Numbered from the stretch's first letter, positions 37,446 to 47,883 are shown. The stretch is DNA of 64,000 nucleotides from Candidatus Saccharicenans sp. (GCA_030017715.1 JASEIU010000001.1:1520-65519), one strand, 5' to 3'. Notes: generated from the letters alone by a model not told the origin. Made by a program: numbers and translations.

Positions 37446-39809
37446 ATGAATGACAGAATAAAGAAGCTCAGAGAACAATCGCTCAGGGCGCGGCCGAGCA
37501 TATCTTCCGAAAGGGCCAGGATCGTGACCGACAGCTACCGCAGTCCTGAAGTTCAGCGGGCTTCGGTTCCGGTCCAGAGGGCGCTGGTGTTCAAGGCCCT
37601 GATGGAGAAAAAAGCCATCTTCATAGACGACGGAGAGCTGATTGTCGGCGAGCGCGGCCCGGCTCATAAAGCCACCCCGACTTATCCTGAGGTCTGCTGC
37701 CACAGCTTAGAGGACCTTGAAACCCTGGATTCCCGTCCTAAAACTTCTTACACCGTTGATGAAGAAACCCTGCGCCTTTACCACGAGGAAATAATTCCTT
37801 TCTGGCGCGGGCGCTCGATGCGGGAAAGAATTTTTGCCGACATGAGGCCGGAATGGAAGGAAGCCTACGAAGCCGGCATTTTCACCGAGTTTATGGAACA
37901 GAGAGCTCCGGGCCATACGGTTCTGGGCGATAAGATTTACAGGAAAGGGTTGCTGGACATCATAAATGATATCAAGGAGTCGGTTGACCATCTGGATTTC
38001 TTCAACGACCCGGAAGCCCTGGATAAGCAGGAAGAGCTCAGGGCGATGGCCATCTGCGCTGAGGCGCTGATTACCTACGCCCGGCGGCATGCGGAGCTGG
38101 CCAGGAAGATGGCAGAGGGAGAAAAAGACCCGGTGCGGAAAAAAGAGCTGGAAAAAATCGCCGCTGTCTGCGAATGGGTGCCGGCTCATGCGCCCCGGGA
38201 TTTCTGGGAAGCCCTGCAGTATTACTGGTTTGTTCACGTCGGAGTAACCACAGAATTTAACACCTGGGATTCCTTCAACCCGGGCCGGCTCGACCAGCAT
38301 CTTTATCCTTTTTATCAAAAGGGCCTGGAAGATGGATCTCTGGACCGGGAAAAGGCGGCCGAGTTGCTCCAGGCGCTGTGGGTCAAGTTTAACAATCAGC
38401 CGGCCCCGCCCAAGGTGGGAGTGACGGCCGAAGAGAGCGGCACCTATACCGATTTTGCCCTGATAAATGTCGGCGGGCTGAGGCCTGACGGCCGGGACGG
38501 AGCCAACGAGCTTTCCTATCTGATTCTGGATGTGATCGAGGAAATGCGGCTGCTTCAGCCGAGCTCGATGGTGCAGGTCAGCGCCAAGAATCCGGATTCT
38601 CTCCTGCTCAGGGCCCTGAAAATTGTCCGGACGGGATTCGGGCAGCCTTCAATCTTCAACACCGACGCCATAGTGCAGGAACTCGTCCGCCAGGGCAAAA
38701 GTGTTGAGGATGCCAGGAAGGGCGGTTCCAGCGGCTGTGTGGAAGCCGGAGCTTTCGGAGCCGAGGCCTACATCCTGACCGGGTATTTCAACATTCCCAA
38801 GGTTTTTGAAATTACCCTGAATAATGGAGTTGACCCCAGGACCGGAAAGAAGATCGGGCTGGAAACCGGAGACCCCCGGAATTTCCAGACCTTTGATGAG
38901 CTGATGCAGGCCTTCGAAAAACAGATGCGCTATTTCATCGAGGTTAAAATCCGTGGCAACAACGTCATAGAAAAACTCTACGCCGAATACCTGCCGGCGC
39001 CTTTTCTTTCCCTGTTCATAGACGATTGCGTGCTTAAAGGCAAGGATTACCACGACGGCGGCGCCCGATACAACACCAGGTACATCCAGGGAGTCGGGCT
39101 GGGCTCGATCACCGATATTCTGGCCTCGGTCAGGTACAATGTTTATGACCGGAAAGTTGTGTCGATGGATGAGCTGCTCAAAGCCCTGTCGCAGAATTTT
39201 CAGGGTTATGAACGGCTTCGAGATCGCTTTCTGAACAAAACGCCGAAATACGGAAATGACGACGATTATGCCGATGAGCTGACGCGTCTGGTGTTCGAGA
39301 TGTACTTCAGGCTGATTGACGGGCGGCCGACCGTGTGCGGAGGAACTTACCGGGTTAATCTGCTGCCGACAACTGTTCATGTTTATTTCGGACGGGTAAC
39401 CGGAGCCACTCCTGACGGGCGACTGGCCGGCGAGCCGCTATCAGAAGGCATTTCACCCGTTCAGGGAATGGACAGGAAGGGACCGACTGCGGTTATCAAA
39501 TCTGCCGGAAAGATTGACCACATCAGGACGGGTGGAACGCTGCTCAACCAGAAATTCACCCCGCAGCTTCTGGCGGATGATGAAGGATTGGTGAAGCTCA
39601 AGGATTTGATCAGGGCTTATTTCAAACTGATGGGACATCACATTCAGTTCAACGTGGTTACCGCCGATACCCTGCGCGATGCCCAGAAGCATCCTGAGAA
39701 GTATCGAGACCTTATCGTGCGGGTGGCCGGCTACAGCGATTATTTCATCGACTGCGCCAGGGAGCTTCAGGATGAGATAATCCGCCGCACCGAGCACCAG
39801 GGCTTCTGA
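37446..39809 (+). CDS. glycyl radical enzyme, PFL2/dehydratase clade (glycerol dehydratase / hydroxyproline dehydratase / choline lyase-like); substrate unknown
   Basis: 787 aa. C-terminal glycine-radical motif RVAGYSDYF. Catalytic Cys loop GGSSGCVEAG. TEFMEQRAPGHTV and other PFL2-family blocks. GGGGAGG ribosome-binding site. Confidence 0.9.
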   Translation: MNDRIKKLREQSLRARPSISSERARIVTDSYRSPEVQRASVPVQRALVFKALMEKKAIFIDDGELIVGERGPAHKATPTYPEVCCHSLEDLETLDSRPKTSYTVDEETLRLYHEEIIPFWRGRSMRERIFADMRPEWKEAYEAGIFTEFMEQRAPGHTVLGDKIYRKGLLDIINDIKESVDHLDFFNDPEALDKQEELRAMAICAEALITYARRHAELARKMAEGEKDPVRKKELEKIAAVCEWVPAHAPRDFWEALQYYWFVHVGVTTEFNTWDSFNPGRLDQHLYPFYQKGLEDGSLDREKAAELLQALWVKFNNQPAPPKVGVTAEESGTYTDFALINVGGLRPDGRDGANELSYLILDVIEEMRLLQPSSMVQVSAKNPDSLLLRALKIVRTGFGQPSIFNTDAIVQELVRQGKSVEDARKGGSSGCVEAGAFGAEAYILTGYFNIPKVFEITLNNGVDPRTGKKIGLETGDPRNFQTFDELMQAFEKQMRYFIEVKIRGNNVIEKLYAEYLPAPFLSLFIDDCVLKGKDYHDGGARYNTRYIQGVGLGSITDILASVRYNVYDRKVVSMDELLKALSQNFQGYERLRDRFLNKTPKYGNDDDYADELTRLVFEMYFRLIDGRPTVCGGTYRVNLLPTTVHVYFGRVTGATPDGRLAGEPLSEGISPVQGMDRKGPTAVIKSAGKIDHIRTGGTLLNQKFTPQLLADDEGLVKLKDLIRAYFKLMGHHIQFNVVTADTLRDAQKHPEKYRDLIVRVAGYSDYFIDCARELQDEIIRRTEHQGF

Positions 39810-39920
39810 GCCGGCTTGCTTCTCCGCCCCGGGATGATTAAAAACTGGCTCTGACTTTGATTCTTTTACTTTTCGGGCTGTGATAGAATTTCCATATCAA
39901 AAAAGAGAAGGGAGGAAGGC

Positions 39921-40823
39921 ATGCTATCACCAGAATTATGGCAGAAGGCAATAGCCTGGCTCATTGCCACCGGCTTGAAAATCCTGCTGGTTGTTGTTTT
40001 TGTGATGATTCTCTTCCGCTTTGCCCGAGTGGTAAGCCGCAGGCTGGAAAAAGTTTTTCTCAAGGAGCGGGAAGACGAAGAATCAAAAAAGAGAGCTCAG
40101 ACACTGGCCAATCTTATAAATCAGGTCATAAGGGTTCTGGTGGCAATTATTGCCGTTATTACCGTGCTGGCCGCTCTGGATATTCAGATTGCGCCCATCC
40201 TGGCCACGGCCGGTGTCGCCAGCCTGGCCATAGGCTTTGCTGCTCAGTCGCTGATTAAAGATGTGATTAACGGATTTTTTATCATTCTCTGGGATCAGAT
40301 TCGGGTGGGTGATGTAGTTACTATCGCCGGAAAGAGCGGAGTGGTGGAGTCAGTCAGCCTGAAAATGACGGTGCTTCGCGACCTCTCCGGAAATGTCCAT
40401 TATGTTCCGAACAGCCTGATCGATGTGGTGACCAATATGACCAGGGAGTACTCCCGTTATGTATTTGATGTGGGTGTCAGCTATTTTGAAAATGTTGATG
40501 AGGTGAGGGCGGTTATTCGCCAGGTGGACGAAGAACTGCGTTCTGACCCGGCTTTTGCTGGAGAGGTACTTGAACCTATGGAAATTCTTGGCCTTGACCG
40601 GTTTGCCGACTCGGCGGTGATAATCAGGGCCCGTGTTACCACTAAGCCGGGCAAGCAGTGGGAAGTGGCGCGTGAGTTCAACCGGCGATTGAAGATAGCC
40701 TTCGACCGCAAGGGGATCTCGATACCATTTCCACATCTGACGATGTTCATCGGTCAGGATAAATCGGGGAAGTCCGCGCCGCTGCCGGTGCGAATTGAAA
40801 ATGCCGGCGGAGCGGGGAATTAA
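39921..40823 (+). CDS. small-conductance mechanosensitive channel (MscS family)
   Basis: 3 TM helices followed by the MscS beta domain: VGDVVTIAGKSGVVESVSLKMTVLRDLSGNVHYVPNS. GGGAGGAAGG ribosome-binding site. Confidence 0.85.
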   Translation: MLSPELWQKAIAWLIATGLKILLVVVFVMILFRFARVVSRRLEKVFLKEREDEESKKRAQTLANLINQVIRVLVAIIAVITVLAALDIQIAPILATAGVASLAIGFAAQSLIKDVINGFFIILWDQIRVGDVVTIAGKSGVVESVSLKMTVLRDLSGNVHYVPNSLIDVVTNMTREYSRYVFDVGVSYFENVDEVRAVIRQVDEELRSDPAFAGEVLEPMEILGLDRFADSAVIIRARVTTKPGKQWEVAREFNRRLKIAFDRKGISIPFPHLTMFIGQDKSGKSAPLPVRIENAGGAGN

Positions 40824-40843
40824 TTTCTCGGAAGCAACTGATC

Positions 40844-41830
40844 ATGCGAAAGAAAATCTCTTCGGAGACAATAATTTATTCTGAGTCTGAAATAAAGGAG
40901 AAAGTAAATCTCAGCGAAGCTATAGAAGCGATAGAAAATTCTTTTGCCGCTTACAGTTCCGCCCGGGCGGTTCTCCCCGGAGTTATCAACCTGGAGCTTC
41001 CGGAATTTCAGGGCGAAGTCCACGTCAAGGGGGCATATATCAGGGGAGATGATTATTATGTAATCAAAGTGGCTTCTGGATTTTACCGCAATCCGGCTCT
41101 CGGCCTTCCGGTCGGAAACGGCTTGATGCTGGCTTTCAGGGCCCAAACGGGCGAGCCGGCGGCGATTCTGCTCGACCGCGGCTATCTGACCGAGGTGCGG
41201 ACGGCAGCGGCCGGAGCGGTGGCGGCCAAATACTTAGCGAAGAAAAGGCTGGAAAAAGTGGCGGTCATCGGCTCCGGCGTCCAGGCAAGATTTCAGCTTC
41301 GCGCTCTGGCTGTGGTCAGGGGCTTTGAGACGGTTTCTGTCTGGAGCCGCAACCGGGAAAACATCCTGCGGTACGTTGAAGAAATGTCAGGAGAGTTCAG
41401 CCGGATAAAATTTAAGGCAGCAGGCTGGGTGGAAGAGGCGGTCGTCGGGGCTGACCTGGTGATCACCGCCACACCGAGTCATCAGCCGATTGTCAGGGCT
41501 GAATGGTTAAAGCCCGGAGCTCACATAACAGCCATGGGTTCAGATGGACCTGAGAAGCGGGAGCTTTTTCCTGAAGTGCTGGCCAGGGCAGATCGGATTT
41601 TCTGCGATTCAATTGCTCAATGCCGGCGGCTCGGTGAACTTCATCATGCTCTCGAAGCTGGTGTAATCTCAGAGGATCGGGTCAGCGGAGAAATCGGCGA
41701 GCTGGTGCTCGGGCTGAAGCCCGGCAGGCTGAGCGATGAAGAAATCACAGTGGCCGACCTGACCGGCCTCGGTGTTCAGGATGCGGCCATAGCCAGCCTC
41801 TTCCTGCGGCTTGCCGGGGATTCCGATTGA
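40844..41830 (+). CDS. ornithine cyclodeaminase / mu-crystallin family NAD(P)H-dependent (imine) reductase
   Basis: 328 aa. Rossmann motif VAVIGSGVQARFQLRAL and overall pattern are typical of the OCD/mu-crystallin family (ketimine / pyrroline-2-carboxylate reductases, OCD). Confidence 0.85.
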   Translation: MRKKISSETIIYSESEIKEKVNLSEAIEAIENSFAAYSSARAVLPGVINLELPEFQGEVHVKGAYIRGDDYYVIKVASGFYRNPALGLPVGNGLMLAFRAQTGEPAAILLDRGYLTEVRTAAAGAVAAKYLAKKRLEKVAVIGSGVQARFQLRALAVVRGFETVSVWSRNRENILRYVEEMSGEFSRIKFKAAGWVEEAVVGADLVITATPSHQPIVRAEWLKPGAHITAMGSDGPEKRELFPEVLARADRIFCDSIAQCRRLGELHHALEAGVISEDRVSGEIGELVLGLKPGRLSDEEITVADLTGLGVQDAAIASLFLRLAGDSD

Positions 41831-42049
41831 CCTGCAGGGCGAGGCCAGACGGAAAATAAAAGAAACACCCCCGTTCACACTGAAATTTACCAATCCTATA
41901 GGGCCCTTCTCTATTAAATCCATCCTGGTATCAGCAACATTTTTGCTAATGGGAGGTTGGCCATGGTATGGTTGAAGCAGGGACGCTGAACGTAATTTGC
42001 TTCGCACCTTTTTGCTTCCCGCAAGCAATTTTTATTTTTTTTGCAGTGA

Positions 42050-42322
42050 AAAAACTTCGGGGTTGAAGGGCAGATTCTGATTAAATATGATGGATATGGG
42101 AATTGTCTTCGTGAGTATATTTACATAGGGGCGAAGTTGGTGGCTGAGTATCAGCCGGACAGGGTTGACCAGCGAGACCCGCAAAGAGACAAATACCAAT
42201 ACTTCGCCACCGACCAGATTAACTCCACCCGGGTGGTGACGGATGATAACGGCAATGTGGTCTATGCTGCGGCACATGACCCCTATGGCGGGATGGCCCA
42301 GCAGGCATAAACTAAAGATGTG
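42050..42322 (+). pseudogene. orphan RHS/YD-repeat protein fragment (no start codon)
   Basis: The frame translates to ...GQILIKYDGYGNCLREYIYIGAKLVAEYQPDRVDQRDPQRDKYQYFATDQINSTRVVTDDNGNVVYAAAHDPYGGMAH. This matches the conserved RHS core-end pattern (YD dipeptides, ...YYHxDHLGSxRxVTDxxGxVV...DPxG). It is bounded by a stop at 42047 and has no Met start. Confidence 0.6.
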
Positions 42323-42581
42323 ATTCAGGCTTTTTCTTTTGAAAAATCCGAGGGGCTACTGGCTGTATGACTTTCACTCCGCTTACTATTCGCTATTGAG
42401 CCGGGAACATCTCTTTACCCAGAAAAACTTTTAAGATTGACCGACGGCTTCCGGTTCGGGTACACTGAAAAAGCTCTGCCGGTAAAGCCTTCTGCCGGCG
42501 ATGCGGCCCGGGCCTGGCAGCAATAGAGTCAAAAGGCCCGGGTTTTTAATTCAACGAAGTTTCCCTGACCGGGAGGTTACG

Positions 42582-44756
42582 ATGGTACGCAAAATGATAA
42601 AAAGACATTGTGGCTCAATTCTATTTTTTCCCATCCTGATTTTAACCCTTCTAATATTAACTCCGCAGATTTCGGCCGATGAAGGAATGTGGCCGCTCAG
42701 CGAACTGCCGCGGCTGAACCTTAAAGAGAAGGGACTCCGGATGGACCCGGCCTTGATTTATGATCCAGCCCGCGAGAGCCTGCTTTATGCAGTAGTTCAA
42801 ATTGGAGCTACCGGTTCTTTTATCTCGGCTGACGGCCTGATCATCACCAACCACCATGTGGCTTTTGGCTCGGTGGTGGCGGCCAGCACACCGGAGAAGG
42901 ATTATCTGAAAAACGGCTTTCTGGCGAAAACCAGGGCTGAAGAGATTCCGGCTGCCGGCCGCACCGCCCGAATCACTGAATCTTTCAGGGATGTTTCCTC
43001 TGAGGTTTTAAGGGTTGTCAGGAAAAATATGAGCTATGCCGAGCGGACAAAAGCTATCGAGCAGCAGATTAAGAAAATCGTGGCAGAAGCGGAGAAGGTC
43101 AATCCCGGGAAAAGGGCCGAAGTGGCCGAGATGTTTCCCGGAAAAACCTACTGGCTTTTCCTGTACACGGTTCTTCGAGATATCAGGCTGGTTTATGTGC
43201 CGCCACTGGCGATTGGCAATTTTGGCGGGGAAGAGGACAACTGGATGTGGCCCCGCCATACGGGAGACTTTACATTGATGAGAGCCTATGTGGCTCCTGA
43301 CGGAAAACCGGCCGAATACAGCGAGAAAAATGTTCCTTACAAGCCGCGGACCTTTATCCGGGTTAATCCGGAAGGAGCCAGCGAAGGAGATTTTGTCTTC
43401 CTGCTGGGCTATCCAGGTCGCACCTACAGGCATCTTCCGGCCAGCTACATTTCTTTTGAACAGAATATTAGAATGCCGGCCGTGGCTGACTGGTACGAAT
43501 GGCAGATAAAACTGATGGAAGAAATGAGCCAGGCCAGCCGGGAAGTAGCCCTCAGACATGATTCCCGGATTAAAGGGCTGGCCAATACCATGAAGAACTA
43601 CCGCGGTAAGCTGGTGGGTCTCCGGCGATTGAACTATCTGGCTCAGAGAAGACAGGAGGAAACTGCCCTTCAGGAATTTATCCAGGCCGACCCTAAACGA
43701 CAGGCGCTTTACGGTCGGGTTCTGCCGGAGCTGGAAGAAATCTACGCCGATATGGGGCAGGAGTATTCGCGGGTGTTTGTGCTGGACAACCTGAGGCGGT
43801 CGGTCATCCTGTTCCAGAATGCCATGACTGTGGTGGAGGGGGTTTACGAGCGGCAGAAACCCGACCTGGAAAGAAATGCTGCCTATATGGATAGAAATTT
43901 CAATCAGACCAAACAGCGCCTGGCCCTGAACCTGAAATCGAATTTCTACCTGCCAACTGATGTGGCGATTTTCAGGGAGCTGCTTAAAAAAGCGCTTGCT
44001 CTGCCCGAAGAACTGAAGATAGAAGCGCTAAATCAATTGGTGTCAGCGGGTGGAAGCCCGGATGAGATGGTGGATAAACTTTTCAAGTCCACGAAGATGG
44101 ACGATTATGAATTCATAAAACAGACCCTGGAGAAAAAGCCTGATGAGATCAAAAGGGTTGACGACTCCATACTGAAGCTGGCCCTGAGTCTCTATCCGGA
44201 ATACAAAAAAATGGAAGAAACAAACCGGGCCAGAAAGGGCCAGATGGATGAGCTTCAGGCGAAGCTGGTGGACGTCCGGCAGGAATTTCTGGAGAGGCAA
44301 TTCATTCCGGATGCCAACGGCACGCTGCGCCTGACCTACGGCCGGGTGGAAGGTTATGAACCGCGGGATGCAGTTTACTACCGGCCCTTCACCACGGTTA
44401 AGGGAGTTATCGAGAAGACCACCGGAAAGGAACCGTTTGACACGCCAGCGGCTCTGCTGCAGCTTATCAGCCAGAAAAAATTCGACGGTTTCATCAATCC
44501 GGCTCTGGATACCGTCAGCGTCTGCCTGTTATACAGCACCGATACGACCGGCGGAAATTCTGGAAGCCCGATCCTCGATGCTGACGGACGCCTGGTGGGA
44601 GTGAATTTTGACCGGGCCTGGGAGGCCACCATCAACGATTTTACCTGGAGCCACCGCTTCAGCCGGTCGATAGGGGTTGATGTCAGATACATTCTCTGGA
44701 TCCTCAAGGAGTTTGCCGGGGCGGATCATTTGCTGGAAGAGATGGGCGTCAGGTAA
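42582..44756 (+). CDS. S46 family serine peptidase (dipeptidyl-peptidase 7/11-like)
   Basis: Signal peptide, then ADEGMWPL, the hallmark mature N-terminus of DPP7/DPP11. C-terminal chymotrypsin-like serine region TDTTGGNSGSPILD (GxSGSP). GGGAGG ribosome-binding site before the ATG at 42582. Confidence 0.85.
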   Translation: MVRKMIKRHCGSILFFPILILTLLILTPQISADEGMWPLSELPRLNLKEKGLRMDPALIYDPARESLLYAVVQIGATGSFISADGLIITNHHVAFGSVVAASTPEKDYLKNGFLAKTRAEEIPAAGRTARITESFRDVSSEVLRVVRKNMSYAERTKAIEQQIKKIVAEAEKVNPGKRAEVAEMFPGKTYWLFLYTVLRDIRLVYVPPLAIGNFGGEEDNWMWPRHTGDFTLMRAYVAPDGKPAEYSEKNVPYKPRTFIRVNPEGASEGDFVFLLGYPGRTYRHLPASYISFEQNIRMPAVADWYEWQIKLMEEMSQASREVALRHDSRIKGLANTMKNYRGKLVGLRRLNYLAQRRQEETALQEFIQADPKRQALYGRVLPELEEIYADMGQEYSRVFVLDNLRRSVILFQNAMTVVEGVYERQKPDLERNAAYMDRNFNQTKQRLALNLKSNFYLPTDVAIFRELLKKALALPEELKIEALNQLVSAGGSPDEMVDKLFKSTKMDDYEFIKQTLEKKPDEIKRVDDSILKLALSLYPEYKKMEETNRARKGQMDELQAKLVDVRQEFLERQFIPDANGTLRLTYGRVEGYEPRDAVYYRPFTTVKGVIEKTTGKEPFDTPAALLQLISQKKFDGFINPALDTVSVCLLYSTDTTGGNSGSPILDADGRLVGVNFDRAWEATINDFTWSHRFSRSIGVDVRYILWILKEFAGADHLLEEMGVR

Positions 44757-44836
44757 GATTGATATAATATAGGCCGGTGGACCGACTAATATTAAGAAGA
44801 CTGTTTGTTTTATAATTATTGAAGGAGGACAGGAGA

Positions 44837-45268
44837 ATGAAAAAAAACATTGTCTGCGCAATGGCGGTTTTTCTGGTATTGGTCATCTGGTCATTCAGTT
44901 CCCCCGGGCTTATGGCTCAGGAGCAGGAGCAAGAGGAAAGCAAGCTGCCAATTTCCTGGGAGAACTGGCGGGAAGCCAAAGCCAACGCTGAAAAGTATGA
45001 TGCTGAAGGGGATTATACCCGGGCTCTTCAGTATTATCTGGAGTATATCCGACAGGCTGAAGGTCTTGGCCGTCTGGACATTGTCGCCTGGGGCAAAAAC
45101 AATGCCGCTTACATGATCATCAAACAGCACAAGCAGGACCCGTCTACCGACCTGGCACCGGCTAAAAAGCTGCTGGAAGAGGGACTGGCGATAACTGAAG
45201 CCACGGAAGACTGTCAGCTGAAGCTTCAGAGCAACCTGGAATACGTGAAGATGTTTATCAAGGAGTGA
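44837..45268 (+). CDS. small secreted hypothetical protein
   Basis: GAAGGAGGA ribosome-binding site. MKKNIVCAMAVFLVLVIWSFSSPGLMAQEQ signal peptide. Helical, TPR-like; no known family. Confidence 0.5.
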   Translation: MKKNIVCAMAVFLVLVIWSFSSPGLMAQEQEQEESKLPISWENWREAKANAEKYDAEGDYTRALQYYLEYIRQAEGLGRLDIVAWGKNNAAYMIIKQHKQDPSTDLAPAKKLLEEGLAITEATEDCQLKLQSNLEYVKMFIKE

Positions 45269-45645
45269 GAGGTCAGATCTGAAGGCAGTCAGGGTAGAGA
45301 ACTGGATTTTTGCTTAAAGCGCCGGATTTATGGCTGGCTGATTTTCGAGATTTTTTTCAGCTTTTTTTCTCTTTATTTTTCTTCATGACAGTATAAAATT
45401 CCGCCCATTATTTTTGACGCTTCTTATCCTCCCGATAGGTAGAACTTTTTACAAACCGATCTGTCGAAAAATTTTAAGGGAACGAAGGGAAAATATTGCT
45501 TGAAAGTGCTAAAAAGGCTATCATTGTTTTCTGTTTCTGCTTTCCGGAAGTTTTTGAGGTTTAATCACGTCTCAAAATAGTGAGTCAGGCTAAATCTGGG
45601 CCTGAAACAATTTTAAGTGTGAAAATTAAAGAGAGGGATATATTT

Positions 45646-47883
45646 ATGTTTTCAGGTTGTCATTCCTGCAGAAATCGAAAAAGGCATTTCTTTCTAATTG
45701 GATTTGTTGTCCTTCTGTTTTCTGGCTTGATATCTATTCCAGCTCTCGCTCAGGAAGCGTCAGTAAAAATTCAGGCTGTGCGGGTGGAGAAGGGGCCGCA
45801 TCTCGACGGACTTCTTATTGATCAGATCTGGAAAGAAGCGATTCCGTTTTACGATTTTAAGATGGTTGAACCGGTTCCCGGAAACGAACCTTCAGAGCGA
45901 ACCGAACTCCGGGTTCTTTATGATGAAAGTAATCTTTACGTAGGAATTTACTGTTATGACAGCGAGCCGGGAAAAATTGCCGCTAACTCCCTGGCTCATG
46001 ATCAGACCGGAAGGAGTCGCGGCTGGTGGGGCATGGGTCATACCACAGCCGCCACCAGCGATGATGTCGTCCGGATTCTGATTGATCCCTTCCTGGATAA
46101 AAGAACCGCCTATGTTTTTTACGTCAACGCCAGGGGCGCCAGGAGCGAAGGACTGGTTTCCGGCGGCAACGCCAGCCTCAACTGGGACGGCATCTGGGAA
46201 GCTAAGGCCAGAATACTGGATGACGGCTGGTCGGCCGAGATCAAAATTCCCTTCAAGACAATTTCTTTTAAGAAAGATCTGCCCGCCTGGGGTTTCAATA
46301 TAGAGCGCTTCATTCCCCGCAAGCAGGAAACTATCCGTCTTTCGGGAATTTCCCGGGACGCCAATTTCAACAATCCGATGATGGCCGCTGAACTCGAAGG
46401 CATCGCCGACATCAAGCAGGGCCTGGGAATTACCATCCGGCCCTATGGACTGGTGGCTGCTTCCAACGACCGGCTGGTGGAAAATAAATACAACTGGAAG
46501 ACTCAGGGCGGGGTCGATGTTTATAAAAATATCACTCCCAACTTAGTGGCGGCTGTGACTTACAACACCGACTTTGCCGAAACTGAAGTAGATGAACGCC
46601 GGATTAACCTGACCCGTTTTCCGCTCTTCTTTCCGGAAAAAAGGATGTTTTTTCTCGAAGGTTCTGAGACCTTTAACTTCAGCTCCAGCGTGAGTTTCTT
46701 CCCGTTTTTCAGCCGGCAGATCGGGCTTTACCAGGGACAGCAGGTGCCAATAGATTTCGGAGCCAAGCTCTATGGCAAGCTGGGCAAGTTCAATCTCTCA
46801 GTCCTTGATATGCAGACCCGGGCCTTTGATCCGCTGCCGAGGACCAATATGTTTGCCGGGCGAGTGACCTATGATTTTCTCCGGGAGAGCAAGATTGGTT
46901 TGATCTTCACCAACGGCAGTCCGACCGGTGCTAACAATACCCTTTTTGGTTTTGATGTGAACTATGCCAGCTCCCGTTTTGCCGGCAATAAAAATATCTG
47001 GCTGGCCGGCTGGGCGGTTTACAACTGGAACGAAAAAGATGGTAAGCATCACGGCTTTGGACTCAGGGCCAATTATCCTAATGATCTTGTGAGCCTAGAA
47101 TCAACCTACGCCTATTATGGAGACGCCCTCGACCCTGGGCTTGGTTATATGATGCGCCAGGGAATCCAGACCTTTTACCTGAAGCTTTCTTACAACCCGC
47201 GTCCGAGCCGGGGCTGGCTCGACAGAGTCATCCGGCAGTTCTTTTTTGAAGCCAGCGGAGATTTTTACTGGAAGCTCGACGGGACTCTGGAGACCAGCCG
47301 GCTGACCTTTGAGCCGCTGAGTTTCCGAACCGAGAGCGGCGAAAGTTTTAATGCTTCAGTCGTGGTGAATCATGACGTTCTGCCTTATGACTTTGAGGTG
47401 GCTGAAGGGGTGGTGCTGCTGGCTGGCCCTTACGATTTCACCAACATGCGACTGAGTTTTAACACCGCTTCTCATCGTCCGCTGTCCTTTGACCTCAACT
47501 ATACGGTGGGCGGGTTCTATTCGGGCCACTATGGCGATTTTAATGCTGGCCTGAGCTATCGGCTGCGGGGCAATCTCAACCTGTCGTTTAACACCAATCT
47601 GGTGCGAGGGACGCTGCCCCAGGGAAAGATTAACGAAAATGTTTATCAGCTTAAGCTGGATTATTATTTCTCGCCCGACCTGGGTTTCATGAATTACATT
47701 CAGTATGACAGCGTGTCCAAACTGCTCGGCTGGAGCGCCCGCTTCCGCTGGGAAATCAAGCCCGGAAATTTTATCTATCTGATTTACAATTCCAACTGGG
47801 AGAGGCGCTGGGACCCGGCCAGCCGGTTTTATGCCGTTGGCGACCGCGGTGTCTTCAAGATTACCCTGTCTATCAGGCCCTGA
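45646..47883 (+). CDS. CBM9-like/DOMON N-terminal domain plus DUF5916-type beta-barrel, predicted outer-membrane protein
   Basis: Signal peptide. N-terminal segment KGPHLDGLLIDQIWKEAIPFYDFKMVEPVPGNEPSERTELRVLYDESNLYVGIYCYD resembles the carbohydrate-binding family 9-like domain that precedes DUF5916 barrels. The C-terminus ends in aromatic-rich beta strands. Confidence 0.6.
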   Translation: MFSGCHSCRNRKRHFFLIGFVVLLFSGLISIPALAQEASVKIQAVRVEKGPHLDGLLIDQIWKEAIPFYDFKMVEPVPGNEPSERTELRVLYDESNLYVGIYCYDSEPGKIAANSLAHDQTGRSRGWWGMGHTTAATSDDVVRILIDPFLDKRTAYVFYVNARGARSEGLVSGGNASLNWDGIWEAKARILDDGWSAEIKIPFKTISFKKDLPAWGFNIERFIPRKQETIRLSGISRDANFNNPMMAAELEGIADIKQGLGITIRPYGLVAASNDRLVENKYNWKTQGGVDVYKNITPNLVAAVTYNTDFAETEVDERRINLTRFPLFFPEKRMFFLEGSETFNFSSSVSFFPFFSRQIGLYQGQQVPIDFGAKLYGKLGKFNLSVLDMQTRAFDPLPRTNMFAGRVTYDFLRESKIGLIFTNGSPTGANNTLFGFDVNYASSRFAGNKNIWLAGWAVYNWNEKDGKHHGFGLRANYPNDLVSLESTYAYYGDALDPGLGYMMRQGIQTFYLKLSYNPRPSRGWLDRVIRQFFFEASGDFYWKLDGTLETSRLTFEPLSFRTESGESFNASVVVNHDVLPYDFEVAEGVVLLAGPYDFTNMRLSFNTASHRPLSFDLNYTVGGFYSGHYGDFNAGLSYRLRGNLNLSFNTNLVRGTLPQGKINENVYQLKLDYYFSPDLGFMNYIQYDSVSKLLGWSARFRWEIKPGNFIYLIYNSNWERRWDPASRFYAVGDRGVFKITLSIRP

